Positions 34,601 through 47,833 of a stretch of 64,000 bases of DNA are shown piece after piece. This DNA is from the human T2T-CHM13v2.0 reference genome, Homo sapiens, in assembly GCF_009914755.1 (NCBI RefSeq), contig NC_060927.1. One strand, written 5' to 3'. The position numbers and the translations under genes are program-made. The notes beneath the pieces were generated by a model that saw only the letters and a program-made list of their open reading frames with translations, was not told the DNA's origin and did no database searches. Positions within the stretch are counted from its first letter, which is position 1. Each line of letters begins with the position of its first letter.

Positions 34601-35653
34601 GAGCCATTTGCTTTAAGATGAGACAAAAAAGCTTATAAACAGAACTAGGAAAAAATCATGACAGTTTAGATTTTGGGGGGTAATTTTGAGTATACGGAAG
34701 TGTATAAATACATGCATACAATTTTCTCTGTATGTTTAAAAGTTCAAACATCAAGAAAAGGTTGCCTCCTAAGATACTAAATTACTTCCTTTGAGTAGTA
34801 TTATAAAGATGAATTCTCTAAACCCCAAAGTATCACCAGTATAACTTCTATTTTAATATGGGTCTTATGTGACTTTGTGGAAAGGGCAAGATTTCTACAT
34901 TGCTACAAATCATAGTTTTATTTTATCATTTTTTGCTGCTTCAAGAGATGTTAACGATGTACATAGCACAAGACAATCTAGCCTGTTATAAAATAAGAAT
35001 TGGTAAATTCAAATAGCAGTTAAAAGATTTAGGATAAATGAAGCATGTTGAGAACTATTAATAATTTGGCTTTTATTAAGGATACTAGGGGAGTGATTTG
35101 TCTATCTAATTGAACGATACATATTATTATATTTTTCCAATATATTATATTTTTCCAATATTTTATATACCTAGTTTCTTCACTTGTTATCATATAATGC
35201 TCTTTCAGAATTTTCATAGATATAGATCTGATAAAATTATCCTCCCTTTTTGTTTTTTATCTTCCTGAAGACAGAAAAAAACAAACTGTTTACTACTTTC
35301 TACTTACACATTTACTACAACACTTCATCTCTGACCACCAAAATGTGTGTTACCAACAATCAGTTTCCCCCACCAACAATCAGTTTTTCATGAGACACCA
35401 ACTGGGTGTCATGTAATTCAATTCATGTATACGTCAGACTGCAGATTGAGGTCTCAGTCCCACAAGATTGCCTCCCATTTCAGATGCCACTCACATGCAC
35501 TAGGCTGTTACCTGTACTTCTGACCAACTGCCTACAAACCATGATTTCCGTGACTTCCTTCTTGGGTGTTGTTAATTTGGTGGGATAGCTCACAGAACTC
35601 AGGGAAACACTTTGCTTATTTTCACTCATTAATTATAAAGAATATGACACAAA

Positions 35654-36847
35654 ACTATCAAAACCCTAGGAGAAAACCTAGGCAATAACATAGGCATGGT
35701 CAAAGAGTTCATGATGAAAACGCCAAAAGCGATTGCAACAAAAGCCAAAATTGACAAATGGGATCTAATTAAAGTAAAGAGCTTCTTTCTGCACAGCAAA
35801 AAATACTATCATCAGAGTGAACAGGAAACCTACAGAATGGGAGAAAATTTTTGCAATCTACCCATCTGACAAAGGTCTAATATTTAGAATCTACAAGGAG
35901 CTTAAACCAATTTACAAGATAAAAAACAACAACCCCATCTGAAAGTGGGCAAAGGATATGAACAGGCACTTCTCAAAAGGAGACATTTATGCAGCCAACA
36001 AACATACAAAAAAAAGTTCAACATCACTGATCATTAGAGAAATGAAAATCAAAACCACAATGAGGTACCATCTCACACCAGTCAGAATGGCGATTATTAA
36101 AAAGTCAAGAAGCAATAGATGCTGGCAAGGCTGTGGAGAAATAGGAACGCTTTTATACTGTTGGTGGGAATGTAAATTAGTTCAACCATTGTGGCAGGCA
36201 CTGTGGTGATTTCTCAAGGATCTAGAACCAGAAACACCATTTAACCCAGCAATCCCATTACTGGATATATACATAAAGGAATATAAATCGTTCTAATATA
36301 AAGACACAAATTCCTCAAGGATCTATAACCAGAAATACCATTCGACCCAGCAATCCCATTATTGGGTATATACCCAAAGGAATATAAATCATTCTAATGT
36401 AAAGACACATGCACACATACGTTTATTGCAGCACTGTTTACAATAGCAAAGACTTGGAACCAGCACAAATGCCCATCAATGATAGACTGGATGAGGAAAA
36501 TGTGGCATATATACACCATGGAATACTATGCAGCCATAAAAAGGAGTGAGATCATGTCCTTTGCAGGGATATGAATAAAGCTGGAAGCCATCATCCTCAG
36601 CAAACTAATACAAGAACAGAAAACCAAACACTTCATGTTCTCACTCATAAGTGGGAGTTGAACAATGAGAACACATGGACACAGGAAGGGGAACAACACA
36701 AACTGGAGCCTGTTGCAGGGTTGGGGGTGAGGGGAGGGAACCTAGATGATGGGTTGATGGATGCAGGAAAACACCATGGTACAAGTATACCTACGTAACA
36801 AGCCTGCATGTTCTACACATGTTTCGTGGAACTTAAATTAAAAAAAT
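35654..36847 (+). mobile_element. L1PA8-like 3' fragment with an internal 101-bp tandem duplication
   Basis: ORF2 C-terminal ORF at 35958-36209, 3' UTR and a short A tail. Confidence 0.92.
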
Positions 36848-36964
36848 CTATATCTATATCTATATATCTATATATCTATATCTATATATCTATATAGCTA
36901 TATCTATATCTTTATATCTGTATATCTATATCTATATAGCTATATAGCTGTATATCTTTATCTA

Positions 36965-37003
<39 letters not shown>
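36848..37003 (+). repeat. Compound (TATATC)n/(TC)n microsatellite at the L1 tail
   Basis: Directly visible. Confidence 0.95.
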
Positions 37004-37004
<1 letters not shown>

Positions 37005-37430
37005 ACAAAGGCAACTGATGAACAGCGAGATGAGGAGATGGATAGGGCAAGGTATGCAGGAAGAGGAGAGGAGCTTCCATGGCCTCTCCTGGCATGCTTC
37101 CATCTTGGACCTTCTGCATGCTCTGCAATACAGAAGCTCTCCAAACCCTGCCCTTTTAGGTTTTATGGGGGCTTCATTAGGTAGGCATAATTGGTTATAT
37201 CAGTGACCATTGATGATCATCTAACCTTCAGTCACCTCAGCTCCCTGGAGGTTGAAAGGAAAGTGGGACTGAAAGTTCCAACCTGTATTTACCCAGTAAG
37301 CTGCCCAGGAGCCCACCAGAAACTTCTGATTAGAACATCTCATAGGAGCATCTCAGAGCAAAAGATTCTCCTATCATGCCCAAGGGACTTAGAAGCTCTG
37401 TGTCAGAGTCTACTATCACTCAGGAAATTA

Positions 37431-37766
37431 CAGTCATGCACCATATAACAACACTTTGATCAATGATGCACCATATATAGGATAGTGGTCTCAAACTATT
37501 ATAATACTGTATTTTTACTATACATTTTCCATGTCTATACACTCAAATACTTACCATTGTGTTACAATTTGTTCCAGTATTCAGAGCAGTAACATGATGT
37601 ACAAGTTTATAGCATAATCAATAGGCTATAGCATATTACCTAGGTGTGTAGTAGGCTGTGCCATCTAGGTTTGTGTAAATGTAGTCTATGGTGTTTGTAT
37701 AATGACAAAATCACTTAATAACACATTTCTCAGGCTATATCCTCATAGTTAAGTAGCATATGACTG
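37431..37766. mobile_element. Tigger3a (MER7A)-like TcMar MITE
   Basis: Termini cagtcat...atgactg are inverted repeats; TA target duplications at 37429-37430 and 37767-37768. Confidence 0.85.
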
Positions 37767-38282
37767 TATAAACGTCTTAGGAGTTTCTTGCCAGGAAACT
37801 CTTGCAAGGGTAAGAAGCTAAGTAGAACAAAAATTTCTGCTATCACCACTATCTATTGGGGCTTCAGGAGCACTATGTTAGGAGCTGGGGGAGAAGACAA
37901 AATACATATTTCTTATATTACAAGATCACACTCTCCAAGTGTTGTCAGTACTTAAACACTTGATCAGTTCCATTAACACTGCCAATCTTCTTGTTTTGAT
38001 ATTGTTTACAATATTTGTTATTATTTTTCACAACTTTTATCCCTTCTACAAAATTTTGTTAGAATGGTATATATCCTTCCTCTTAGAAAGGATGCCATAC
38101 CCATAGACATCACTTACTCAGTGCCTCTGTTCTAATTGTGTTCACAATAACATAAAATAAATTCAATATTTCTATCAAATTTAACAAAGCTTTTGAGAAA
38201 ATGATTCCATGTGATAAAATTATGCTGAAATTAGAAAACTTTCCATACTAAGCCTAGAAAAATATTCATCATGTTAGAAAGC

Positions 38283-38470
38283 AGGAGGTACTAGATGAAG
38301 CATCAACTATAGAGGAAGACCAGGGTTTGAATACTTCTCTCATCTATATTCTTATATGCAGCACATTTTAAAAAGTGATATTCATCAAAGTGTTCTTTTG
38401 AGAATTACAGAAAATAAATGTAAATTACCTAGGATAACAACTAGCAGATGGTAATAGATATTATTAACAA
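38283..38470 (+). mobile_element. MIR relic
   Basis: gaagaccagggtttgaat...aaatgtaaattacctag...gatattatt. Confidence 0.5.
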
Positions 38471-38709
38471 CTATTTCTATCATTAATTATTACAGAAGAC
38501 TGAAATTTTTGAAGAGGGGAATCTATGGTTCATTTATCCTTCTTTTCTAAAAGCATATTTTGAGATAGGGCTCCTTTGCAGGAATTTTGTTAAAAGAAAA
38601 CTCACAGTAAAAACCTCTAAAAGAATGAGAAAAGCAGCAGAGGTGAAATGGAAAAGATTCAGGTGGTTTCAAGCAAAGCTGTGCCACAAGGGTGGCTCTA
38701 AGTGCAAAG

Positions 38710-38925
38710 ATTTTTATCTTTTTTATATTTATTTTATGTTTTATATTCTTATTTTATATGTATTTGTATGTATGAATATGAATACTTATATATTTAATAT
38801 TATTTATTATAATAAGTATTATTTAGTATTCATTATTATTATATATATTTATACTCATATTTTATATACATATTTATAAAAATTATATATTTATATATAA
38901 ATATAAATATTTATATTTACTTATA
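38710..38925. repeat. AT-rich low-complexity tract
   Basis: Nearly pure A/T, with overlapping 20- and 22-bp palindromes at 38886-38905 and 38898-38919. Confidence 0.85.
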
Positions 38926-39294
38926 TCCAAATACATCTGAGGAAGATTTGCCCCAATAGCCTAAGGGTAGTCTTCCAATGTGGGGTGTGAGCCATTAGCA
39001 GCAGAATCTGGGCCACACGACTTGAGCAGGGGACCAGAAATGACTGCTACTGGGACTCAACAAATTAGTCTCTGAATACATATCTGCTTAGTTAAATAGA
39101 ATAGAAGCAGATTATATTTGCTATACCTCCGACTCTTTTGAGTGAGTGTGTGATGGTCCTTTTGGTATCTTATAGAAGTTAGCATATGGTTGTGTACAAA
39201 ATACATGTTAAATATTAAAAAATTGATTTACTAAATTTACACATATTTAACATTTCTTATTTTTGCTATCTACATGCATGTTTCAATCCAATAG

Positions 39295-39473
39295 GCCAGA
39301 ACCTGTTTTGTGGACAAAGGATGGCGGAGAATTACCAGATCCTGACCGAATGGTTGTGAGTGGTAGGGAGCTAAACATTCTTTTCCTGAACAAAACGGAT
39401 AATGGTACATATCGATGTGAAGCCACAAACACCATTGGCCAAAGCAGTGCGGAATATGTTCTCATTGTGCATG
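39295..39473 (+). CDS. CADM2: CADM2 coding exon, C-terminal part of Ig domain 3: PEPVLWTKDGGELPDPDRMVVSGRELNILFLNKTDNGTYRCEATNTIGQSSAEYVLIVH; 179 nt, phase 2 to phase 1
   Basis: Lies within ORF 39263-39481. Has the Ig C-strand Trp, the DxGxYxC motif and NKT/NGT sequons. Acceptor ccaatag, donor G|gtgagt. Confidence 0.97.
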
Positions 39474-39759
39474 GTGAGTAAATTTTGGAAAACATTATAT
39501 GTGAAAGGATGCATAACTTGAAAAACTATTTAAATATATCAGAATTTTAAGTGCAGTGAACAAAATTATATGGTTTCTTTTTACTTCAGGACATCTTATG
39601 AGATATTTAATTATGAGATATTATATTTAATATTAATATATTCCCAGTCAGACTGATAAAATTGTAACATACATAAAATTTTTTTTTGTAAAAAGCTTTC
39701 TCAATTATAAATATACTTCTTACATGTTGGCTCGTAAACTATATTAATGATTGTCTTTA

Positions 39760-40044
<285 letters not shown>

Positions 40045-43000
40045 GATTGTCTTTAAATTCTATAAATAAATGTGTTCACTTATAATCCAGAATCATGAAA
40101 ATTACATTTCCTTTAAGCTAATTTTTATTGTATTATCATAAACATATACTTTATAACTTCTGTAATTTGGTTTCACAAAGAATGACAGTGTCATTGAAAT
40201 GCAGCAAAAATGGGAGTGTACAATATTAGCAATAACTGCATCAATTTCACTGAACAATAATTTAAAGTTCCTACAGACTTTTTCTTGACTCTATTTACCT
40301 CACAATTTGAGTAAATATAACAAAATCACAGAAAGAAATACCAGTCGCCATGAGTGAATAAAATTTCTGTTTTTTCCAACTTTCAAATGCCACAATGGGT
40401 TTTTCATAAGGTAGCTTCTTTTAGATATTGTTAGATGGAGATGAATTTTTACGAGATTGATGAATATTGCAATAAACAAAATTAGTCAGGTTTCTTTACT
40501 ACAGTACTTCCCAGACTTTATTGTATATGTCAGGGTGCATTGCGAATCTCCACTAGGAAGAGCCATTAGCCAATGTAAGATTTTCATCATATTTCACCAA
40601 GAAAACTTTTCTGGGACTAGTATTATATTCAACATAATATTACAGTATACTAAATGAGTGTTATACATAACACAGTGCTGTCATAAATCGTGGATCTTAG
40701 AAACTATGGACAAAATATGTTTATTTGATATCTTTCCCTTGAATGCATTTATGGAATACTAAAAGACATATGTGTTTGTTCCATACCTTTCCAAAAAGAA
40801 TTTTGGGGGTCTAGTATATTTCTTTGTAAAGAGATTAATTTTAGAGAGAAATTAATCTAACAAGTGTTATTTTTCCCAGGTATTCATTTTGTTCATTTTG
40901 CCAAAGTTGGAAAAAATTAATATGTTCAGTCAATATACAGTTTTCCTATTTTCAAGTTGCATTATTGTATAAAATCTCTCAGTACTTAATACTGCTTTGC
41001 TATGGTAAGCAACGAAAGGCTCACAATGAATAGGCTATTCATGTAAAACATCTAGAAAATAGTAGAACTAACAGTTGAATTTCTAGCACTTCATGAATTG
41101 TACAAAATTCAACTTTGGAAAAATTAGCCTAATCCAATTAGACTGATAAATTGTATTTAAATGTGGTAATCCCTGTAGACAGACCCTGCTGGCCTTTCTG
41201 CCAGAGAGAATGTTACAACCACTGGGTGTGTCAGGAAGGTAAGTGAGATCCTTAGAGCAGGATCCAAGAGTAGATTTCAGTTGATGCTCCCTGGATGTTT
41301 AGATCATGCAGTCATGTAAGGAAAGTGTAGTCTATCTGATTCACCTTAATTTTCCAAGTGCTTCTCTCACCTAACAGTTTCTGAGCACCTGGGGATATGT
41401 TGTATAGCATGTCACATTGTGTCAAAAGCAATATGACATAAAATATTGAGAATTAGAAGAGAAGTGACAGAAAAAATAATATACCTAAATGAAAAGTATA
41501 TCATTTTTTTAAAGTAGCTCATCAGGAAAATTCGTATATTTTTTCAGTGCTTGCAAGCTAGCCAACAGCATGATTTCCTAAATAGCCAAGCTACCTTTAG
41601 GTAGTTGGCAGTTGATGTATTTCTAATAAATACTTCCCTAAGCACTTTGTGAGAAGTCATTTTTGGCTTTGCTTTTTGAACTACAATTCATCAAAAGCAT
41701 CCCATAGATTAATGCTATTCATGCTGCTAGATAAATGCTGTGAAGTTCAACAGTGGTTTACCTAGGATTATTGACACAAGTAATGAGAGGCTCGATGAAA
41801 CAGTGAAACCATATTATGCTGTGTTTAAAAGGGGCGCCAATTGGGTTCATGGCAAAATAAAGGTTTTTTCCCCTTTGCACGCTGGGTATAATGTTTCATT
41901 AGTCACTAGTTGTATAAATATAAAAAGCTACTCTCTTCTGTTAATGGTTTGGCTGTTTCAAAACCTTACTAAATGATGAAATTTGAGTGGCATTTCGATC
42001 TATAATGAATGCTGTATGCATTTTTGGAATGGAGTGATAAGTGATCATTTGTGAGAACTTTACCCTTTTATCTTTTACACCAAGGTTGATTTTACGTTAG
42101 TGGTGATAATTTAATATAGCTCTAGTACAGAGGATTTTTCACGAGCTGAGACCCGTGTCTTTGACTCTACCACAATTGCTTAGATTCTATTGATTCTTAA
42201 CTTGATGGAGTTCTGAGCACTTTCCTGTGAAATCATCTACTATCTGGATGCCGTCATAATAGTTAGATTTTATTGTTTGGGTGTCAGTGCATTATTTAAG
42301 TGCACTATTAAGCATTATTAAGCATTATTTAAATGCTACCACATTTAATTGTTAAAACCACTGACATTTTGTGTTAGAAACACTGGTGATTCCCCCACTC
42401 CCTCCTAATTACACCTTTAAAATTTTCAGCATTAGGATCACATGTAGTAATTTAACTGCCAGTCTAAAATTTATCCTCAATGAAAGGCCTACGCAGAGTC
42501 ACCATACTAATACCTGTAAGATTAAACATCTTGCTTAAGAAACATTTGCACTGTGAAGGTTCCATTAAGAAAGAAAGTAGCACATTTTATGAACAAGCTT
42601 GGCAATGGAAAAATTTATCTGTTAAATTGGTAGCCATAATTATACTAATTAATTCCTCTGAGCACAGTAGTTTCTATTTTCTTCTTTATAAAAATGTTGA
42701 AGTATATCTCTTGTGATTATTGTGGTCATACTATTTATTTATTTACAATGGATGATTATATCCATAGTTTTAATGGCTTTGAATATCTTGACCCATTGCT
42801 ATTCTTAACATTTGAAGAACTAGGATCAAGATAAAAACTAATTCACTCACCCAATAGATATATAGTACTTATCTACCAGGTACAAAGGAGCAAAGATAAA
42901 TAACAAACAAGAAGATTATAGTTTAATGTGGAATATAAGCTAAGCATTTAGATAATTGTGACACAAAATAGAAGAGTTATAGGGAGCTATAGTAAGATGG

Positions 43001-46000
43001 TCATACAATGTGGCAGATGTTCACACTTTGTGTAGTTCCAACTGTATGGAATGTTTAAAAATACTAACATATAACTATTATTTATAAATATTATAAATAT
43101 AAATAATCATAATAAATATTTAAATATAAATATTATGATAAATATTATTACAAATTAATAAATTCATTTATAATATGACATACTTTGTAAATGGAATTAC
43201 TCAGCAAAGTGCCAGTTATACAGATATATAATAAATTAGACTATTCTTACTCTTATATTTCTAGTAGTCTTATTATACCAAGGACAATCAAACTCCAAGG
43301 GTCTGGTAAGAAACTTGCCCATGAGTTGCATACAGTTATTGCTCATAATCTTCCCTGAAAGCTACCGGAACATAAATTAGGTTAACGCTATTGAAAAATG
43401 AGAAAACTCTAATTTTTTTCTATGAGATAGAAAATGTCTTAAAATCTCAACAATGTTAACACATTGACCATGTACAAAGCAAGACATAAGTTATAGTCAC
43501 CCTTGTTCTCTAATGCAACATTAAGTTCAGAAAATATAGGTTGAATATCTTGTCTTCAAGCAGAAACTACCCGAATGTGCATCCATTCACTATAGAGAAC
43601 ATAGCAGATGATACCATTTTATCATGCAAGGTATGGATCTAGGGAATGACCAATGGTATTATGCTAATTCTGTTTTGTGATTGGAAGCAATGCATACTCT
43701 TCTATTTATCATCAATTGATTAAAAATACACTCATAAAAGTGACAGAAATGTACAGGACCTGGAAAGCTTTGAGAAAGAACATCTACGGAAAGTGAGAAA
43801 CGCAAATTACCACATTCCCCAAACCCTAAACTTCTTCCCTCTTAACCTTCCCAGTGTCTCTTTTACCTCCCTTTAAACTCATTAGAGAAATTAATAACCA
43901 CTGCTCAAAATACAAATGGGAAATGGACAGATATGCTGCAACTCTTTAATATCACCTCCATTCTCAAAGCCTCCCTCAGGATCTGGGAAGAAATACAGTA
44001 ATACCAGCAGAAAAAATAGTAACTAATTTCTCCTTCTGCCAATAGCTATACTATCAATGGCAGGTCCAGATTGTAGACAAGGGTAGCAAGGATAATGATT
44101 AGAGCTTTGGAGGGGAACCCATGTTGTCTCACAGTTATAGCAGAGTTGAGATGCACTATTCCATAAAGTTTTTTTGTAATATTCCCCTTTCCTTTTCAAA
44201 TTTATTTTTTCTTTTACCGTAGTAACCCTATGTGAGTGTTAAAATTATTTTACCACTGTGCTAACTTATTCCCTTACTTCATTATTTTCTCCTTGTATGA
44301 ATAAGTTTTATAACAATTCATCACTCCTTTATTATCTTAACTCTTGCTATCATTTAGAATGAAATTGCCCACTATGCACCTTTCCACAGATTTCGTTTTC
44401 TTTACATGTATGTATTTTGCTTTTCTAGCAAATTTGACCTTTACAACCATGTAAGATAAGTAAAATCTCTATAATTAGTATTATGATACTATATAGTAAG
44501 TTAGAATCAAGATTTGCTTATATTTCTGTCCTGCTAATAAGCTTATCACGATTTCTGATAATCTTAGTCTCTCTAAAGTATCACTTGACTGTTACGGTTT
44601 GTTTTATTTGTTCATGTGTCTATTAAACAGTGATGGAAATATGATACTGCTTTTTATGTTTCCAGGATAATTTACTTCAGAAGTAACATATATAGAGAAT
44701 AGGATACGTCATATTTTATTGTTAGTTGGTAGGATACATTATTTTAAAAAGAGTGTTCTGGAGTTTTAGAATTTTAATAGAGAATATTACTGCTAGAGAT
44801 CTCTATGTGCTTTGATCTACTAAAAGGTATTAAGCTATTAAATGTGCCTTTCTAGCTCCTAAGAATCAATAAGATTGCTACTTTCATTTCACTCAGCTTT
44901 TATTGTTAATAATAAATGTCAAAAAACACTCAAAGACAGAAAATCGTACACATAGATATTATAGACTGCTGGATCAAGCCAAACTTCCAAGCTTTGTTGC
45001 TCATGTAGACACATATCGTTTTCAGAGACTGTAGGTAAACACAGGTTCCCTCTTCCATCCTGGGTAGTGATTCTCCATTTCAGTTAACTTGCTTACTATG
45101 GGAGAGGAAAAATTGAGTCATGGATGGTATCTTTTCTTTCACTTTAACAGACATTTCCAATCCATCTATCATATTTTTCAAATATGTAACAGATGTGCAA
45201 AATATAAATTCATTTCCTTTAGAGTTGTCAGTACTTGACCCTAAATTTAGCAAAATAATATATATGTCAGTGAATGCAGCAATCATTAAGCAACAGATTA
45301 GGAACATCATAGAGTAATACCTTAAATTTGCTTTTAAAATTTTCTTGCCATAGAACTAAGCAAATATTATATAATAATACATCCCTAATCTTAGAGAGAT
45401 ATATCTCTCATGTATTCATGTCATGATTATCAATGATCTGAGAACTTCATCACAATACAATGAAAAATGTCCTTTTGTGCTTCATAGTAAATGTGTAGCT
45501 AGGCCGGAAGATTGCCAGCCCCTGCAACGTGCATTTACTATTAAATTATCCAGCAACGAAACATCTAGCAGTATTGAGAGGCTACATGATTTTTTTAGGC
45601 AAGGTGATCTTTACAGGTCACACTGAGAACTAGGAGAGTACATCTTCTAGCTCGTATGGGTGGCTGGGGAAGGAAAAAAAGAAGCCTGGATTATGGACAG
45701 ATGTAAAGCCTAGCAAACATTAAAAAGGGATTCAACTAAAATCTGTTCTTTCACATGGAAACAGACCTACCAGTTGGTAAGTTAATTCTGTGTACTCGTA
45801 ATGAGCATTTTTCCTTTGGAGCATTTTTCTTAGAAGCATAGATGGAAAATATACAGTGGAGGGAAAAAAGGATGGAAAAGGCATCCATACTGAGCAACAA
45901 ACAGTGTGCTAATGGAAGAGCCCTATGGTTGCTGCTCTCATCTCTGGTTGAGAGTTTCCAGGCAGTAACTAGTTGGATGATTCTTAAAACAGTATCTTCT

Positions 46001-46779
46001 TTAATCGCTGAGATAAAACGCTATCATTTCTGGACATGAATAAGCAGGGAGAGCTCTGATGCCTGTAGGAAAGGTGTACCTCTGACTGGATGAATATGCT
46101 GTTGAACTCTGCAGAGAGAAATGGAATGGCATAAAATAGTAGAGACAGGAGCACTATTTTCATTACAAAACATTTTAAAAGGTGTATGTGTGTGGGCACA
46201 CTCAACACAGAGTTAAGGCTTAATTATATGTCTCTGTTTTAAGATGAGCATAAAGTAGGTACACTAAGGTTTCTGCTTTTAGAGTAAAAATTCTGTTGAG
46301 AGATGCCATTCTGAAATAAATATTTCTATGTGCTAGATGAATCACAGAATGAAATGTACATAGGAAAAAACCGTCATTCCTGCCTTCTATCACTAAACAA
46401 TTTCATCATTAAAAAAATATTTTCTCACCTTATTTACATATAATATTTTCTCTCAGTTGCAGTATAAAATAAGGTAAAGAGAAGGATAGAATCTGTGGCA
46501 CTCGGTCCTTCTATATTTGTTTATGTGGAAATAAGGCCAGGCTGTAGCTTTACCAAAATGTACAGAGCTCTTCTACCCAAGTATATGTGTGTTAATTGGC
46601 TCATTTGTTACAGATTTCAAGCAATATGCAATGGCCCATGGGAGGAAATGTTGGCATTAGTTTTCAGAAACAATGGCATTCCTAAATAGAAGACATAGAT
46701 TTTTACATAAAACCTGCTTTGTAGCTTTTTACAGTATAGTTTTCACACATATTGTTACAACATATATACTTGTTTCGGA

Positions 46780-47636
46780 TTCTAAAATTTTTCCTTGATT
46801 CTATTCTACCCTTCTCTCCAATTCATCACGAAGTTCCATCAACGTTGCTTCCAAATCACATTCCCAAAGTGGGCACTTCTCTCCATCATCCTCTCTGGCT
46901 TAGACTAGGGTCCCTTGTTCCACACTCCCACACCTTCAATCTCTTTCTCACATAGCTTCAATATATAAACGTTTTAAATGCATATCTCTTCATGTCGTTT
47001 CCCCATTTAAACTTATACAAAGGCATTTCATCATCCTTAGTATAAAAGCCAAACCCTCATTGTCCTACTTTTCCAAGTCCTGCATTTTATGGCTGCTGCC
47101 TACATCGGTGGCATCTCTCATCACTCTTCACACACCCACTTCTGTCTCTCTGGTCCTCTTTCAACTCCTCTAAGTTATCAAGGTCATTTTCTTTATAGAA
47201 ATTTTGCCTCTGCTTGGAATGCTTGTCCAAGATGCACAAGAAATGCTGCCAGAAATGCTGATCTTTGCAAGATTGATTTCTTATTCAGATCTCAGATTAA
47301 AAGGGATTTCTCAGTGAGGCCTTTTTTTTCCATTACCATCTAAATTGTCCCCCAGTCACATATCACTTCAATTAAATACTCTACAAGACATATATCATTA
47401 TGTGATAGTTTAGCTATTTGTGTGTATGTACATGTTTGTGTGTCTATATATACATATGTATATATATGTACACATATATGTATGCATCTGTATATGTGAA
47501 TATATTATATGCCCTCACACTAGACTATGACCTCCTAGGAAACAGATATTTTATGCATCTTATTTATTTCTATACCGCTAGCTCTTAGAACAGGGTCTTC
47601 TAAATAGTAGGTGCTCAATAAATATTTATTTAATAT
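46780..47636 (+). mobile_element. L2a-like 3' region with an embedded TA/TG repeat
   Basis: tagactatgacctcctagg...tagtaggtgctcaataaatatttatt is a typical L2 3' end. Confidence 0.75.
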
Positions 47637-47696
47637 TTAAATCTGTTTCTGTCTGTCTCTCCCGCTGTTTTCAAGAGAAGAAACTTTAGTGAAGCA

Positions 47697-47833
47697 ATAC
47701 ATACACATATACACATATATACACATACATACCCATATCTACATATATACACACATATACGAATATACAGGGGTGTGTTTGTGTGTGTGTGTGTGAGTGT
47801 ATATATATATACACTCACACACACACACAAACA
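47697..47833. repeat. CA/TA/TG microsatellite complex containing a perfect 48-bp palindrome (47782-47829)
   Basis: Checked base by base. Confidence 0.95.

Larger units (their letters stand above)
35270..37930 (-). mobile_element. MER21-family LTR, split into three pieces by an L1 and a Tigger3a
   Basis: gctcacagaactcagggaaacact, ggactgaaagttccaacc and the terminus aaatacatatttc...atcaca match the reverse MER21 consensus as recalled. Confidence 0.8.

Noticed and set aside
35654-36847. This L1 as the missing 3' end of the L1 at 20049-25051
   Set aside because: The two overlap by about 400 nt in L1 coordinates, differ in subfamily-type sequence, and this one sits inside a MER21 LTR.
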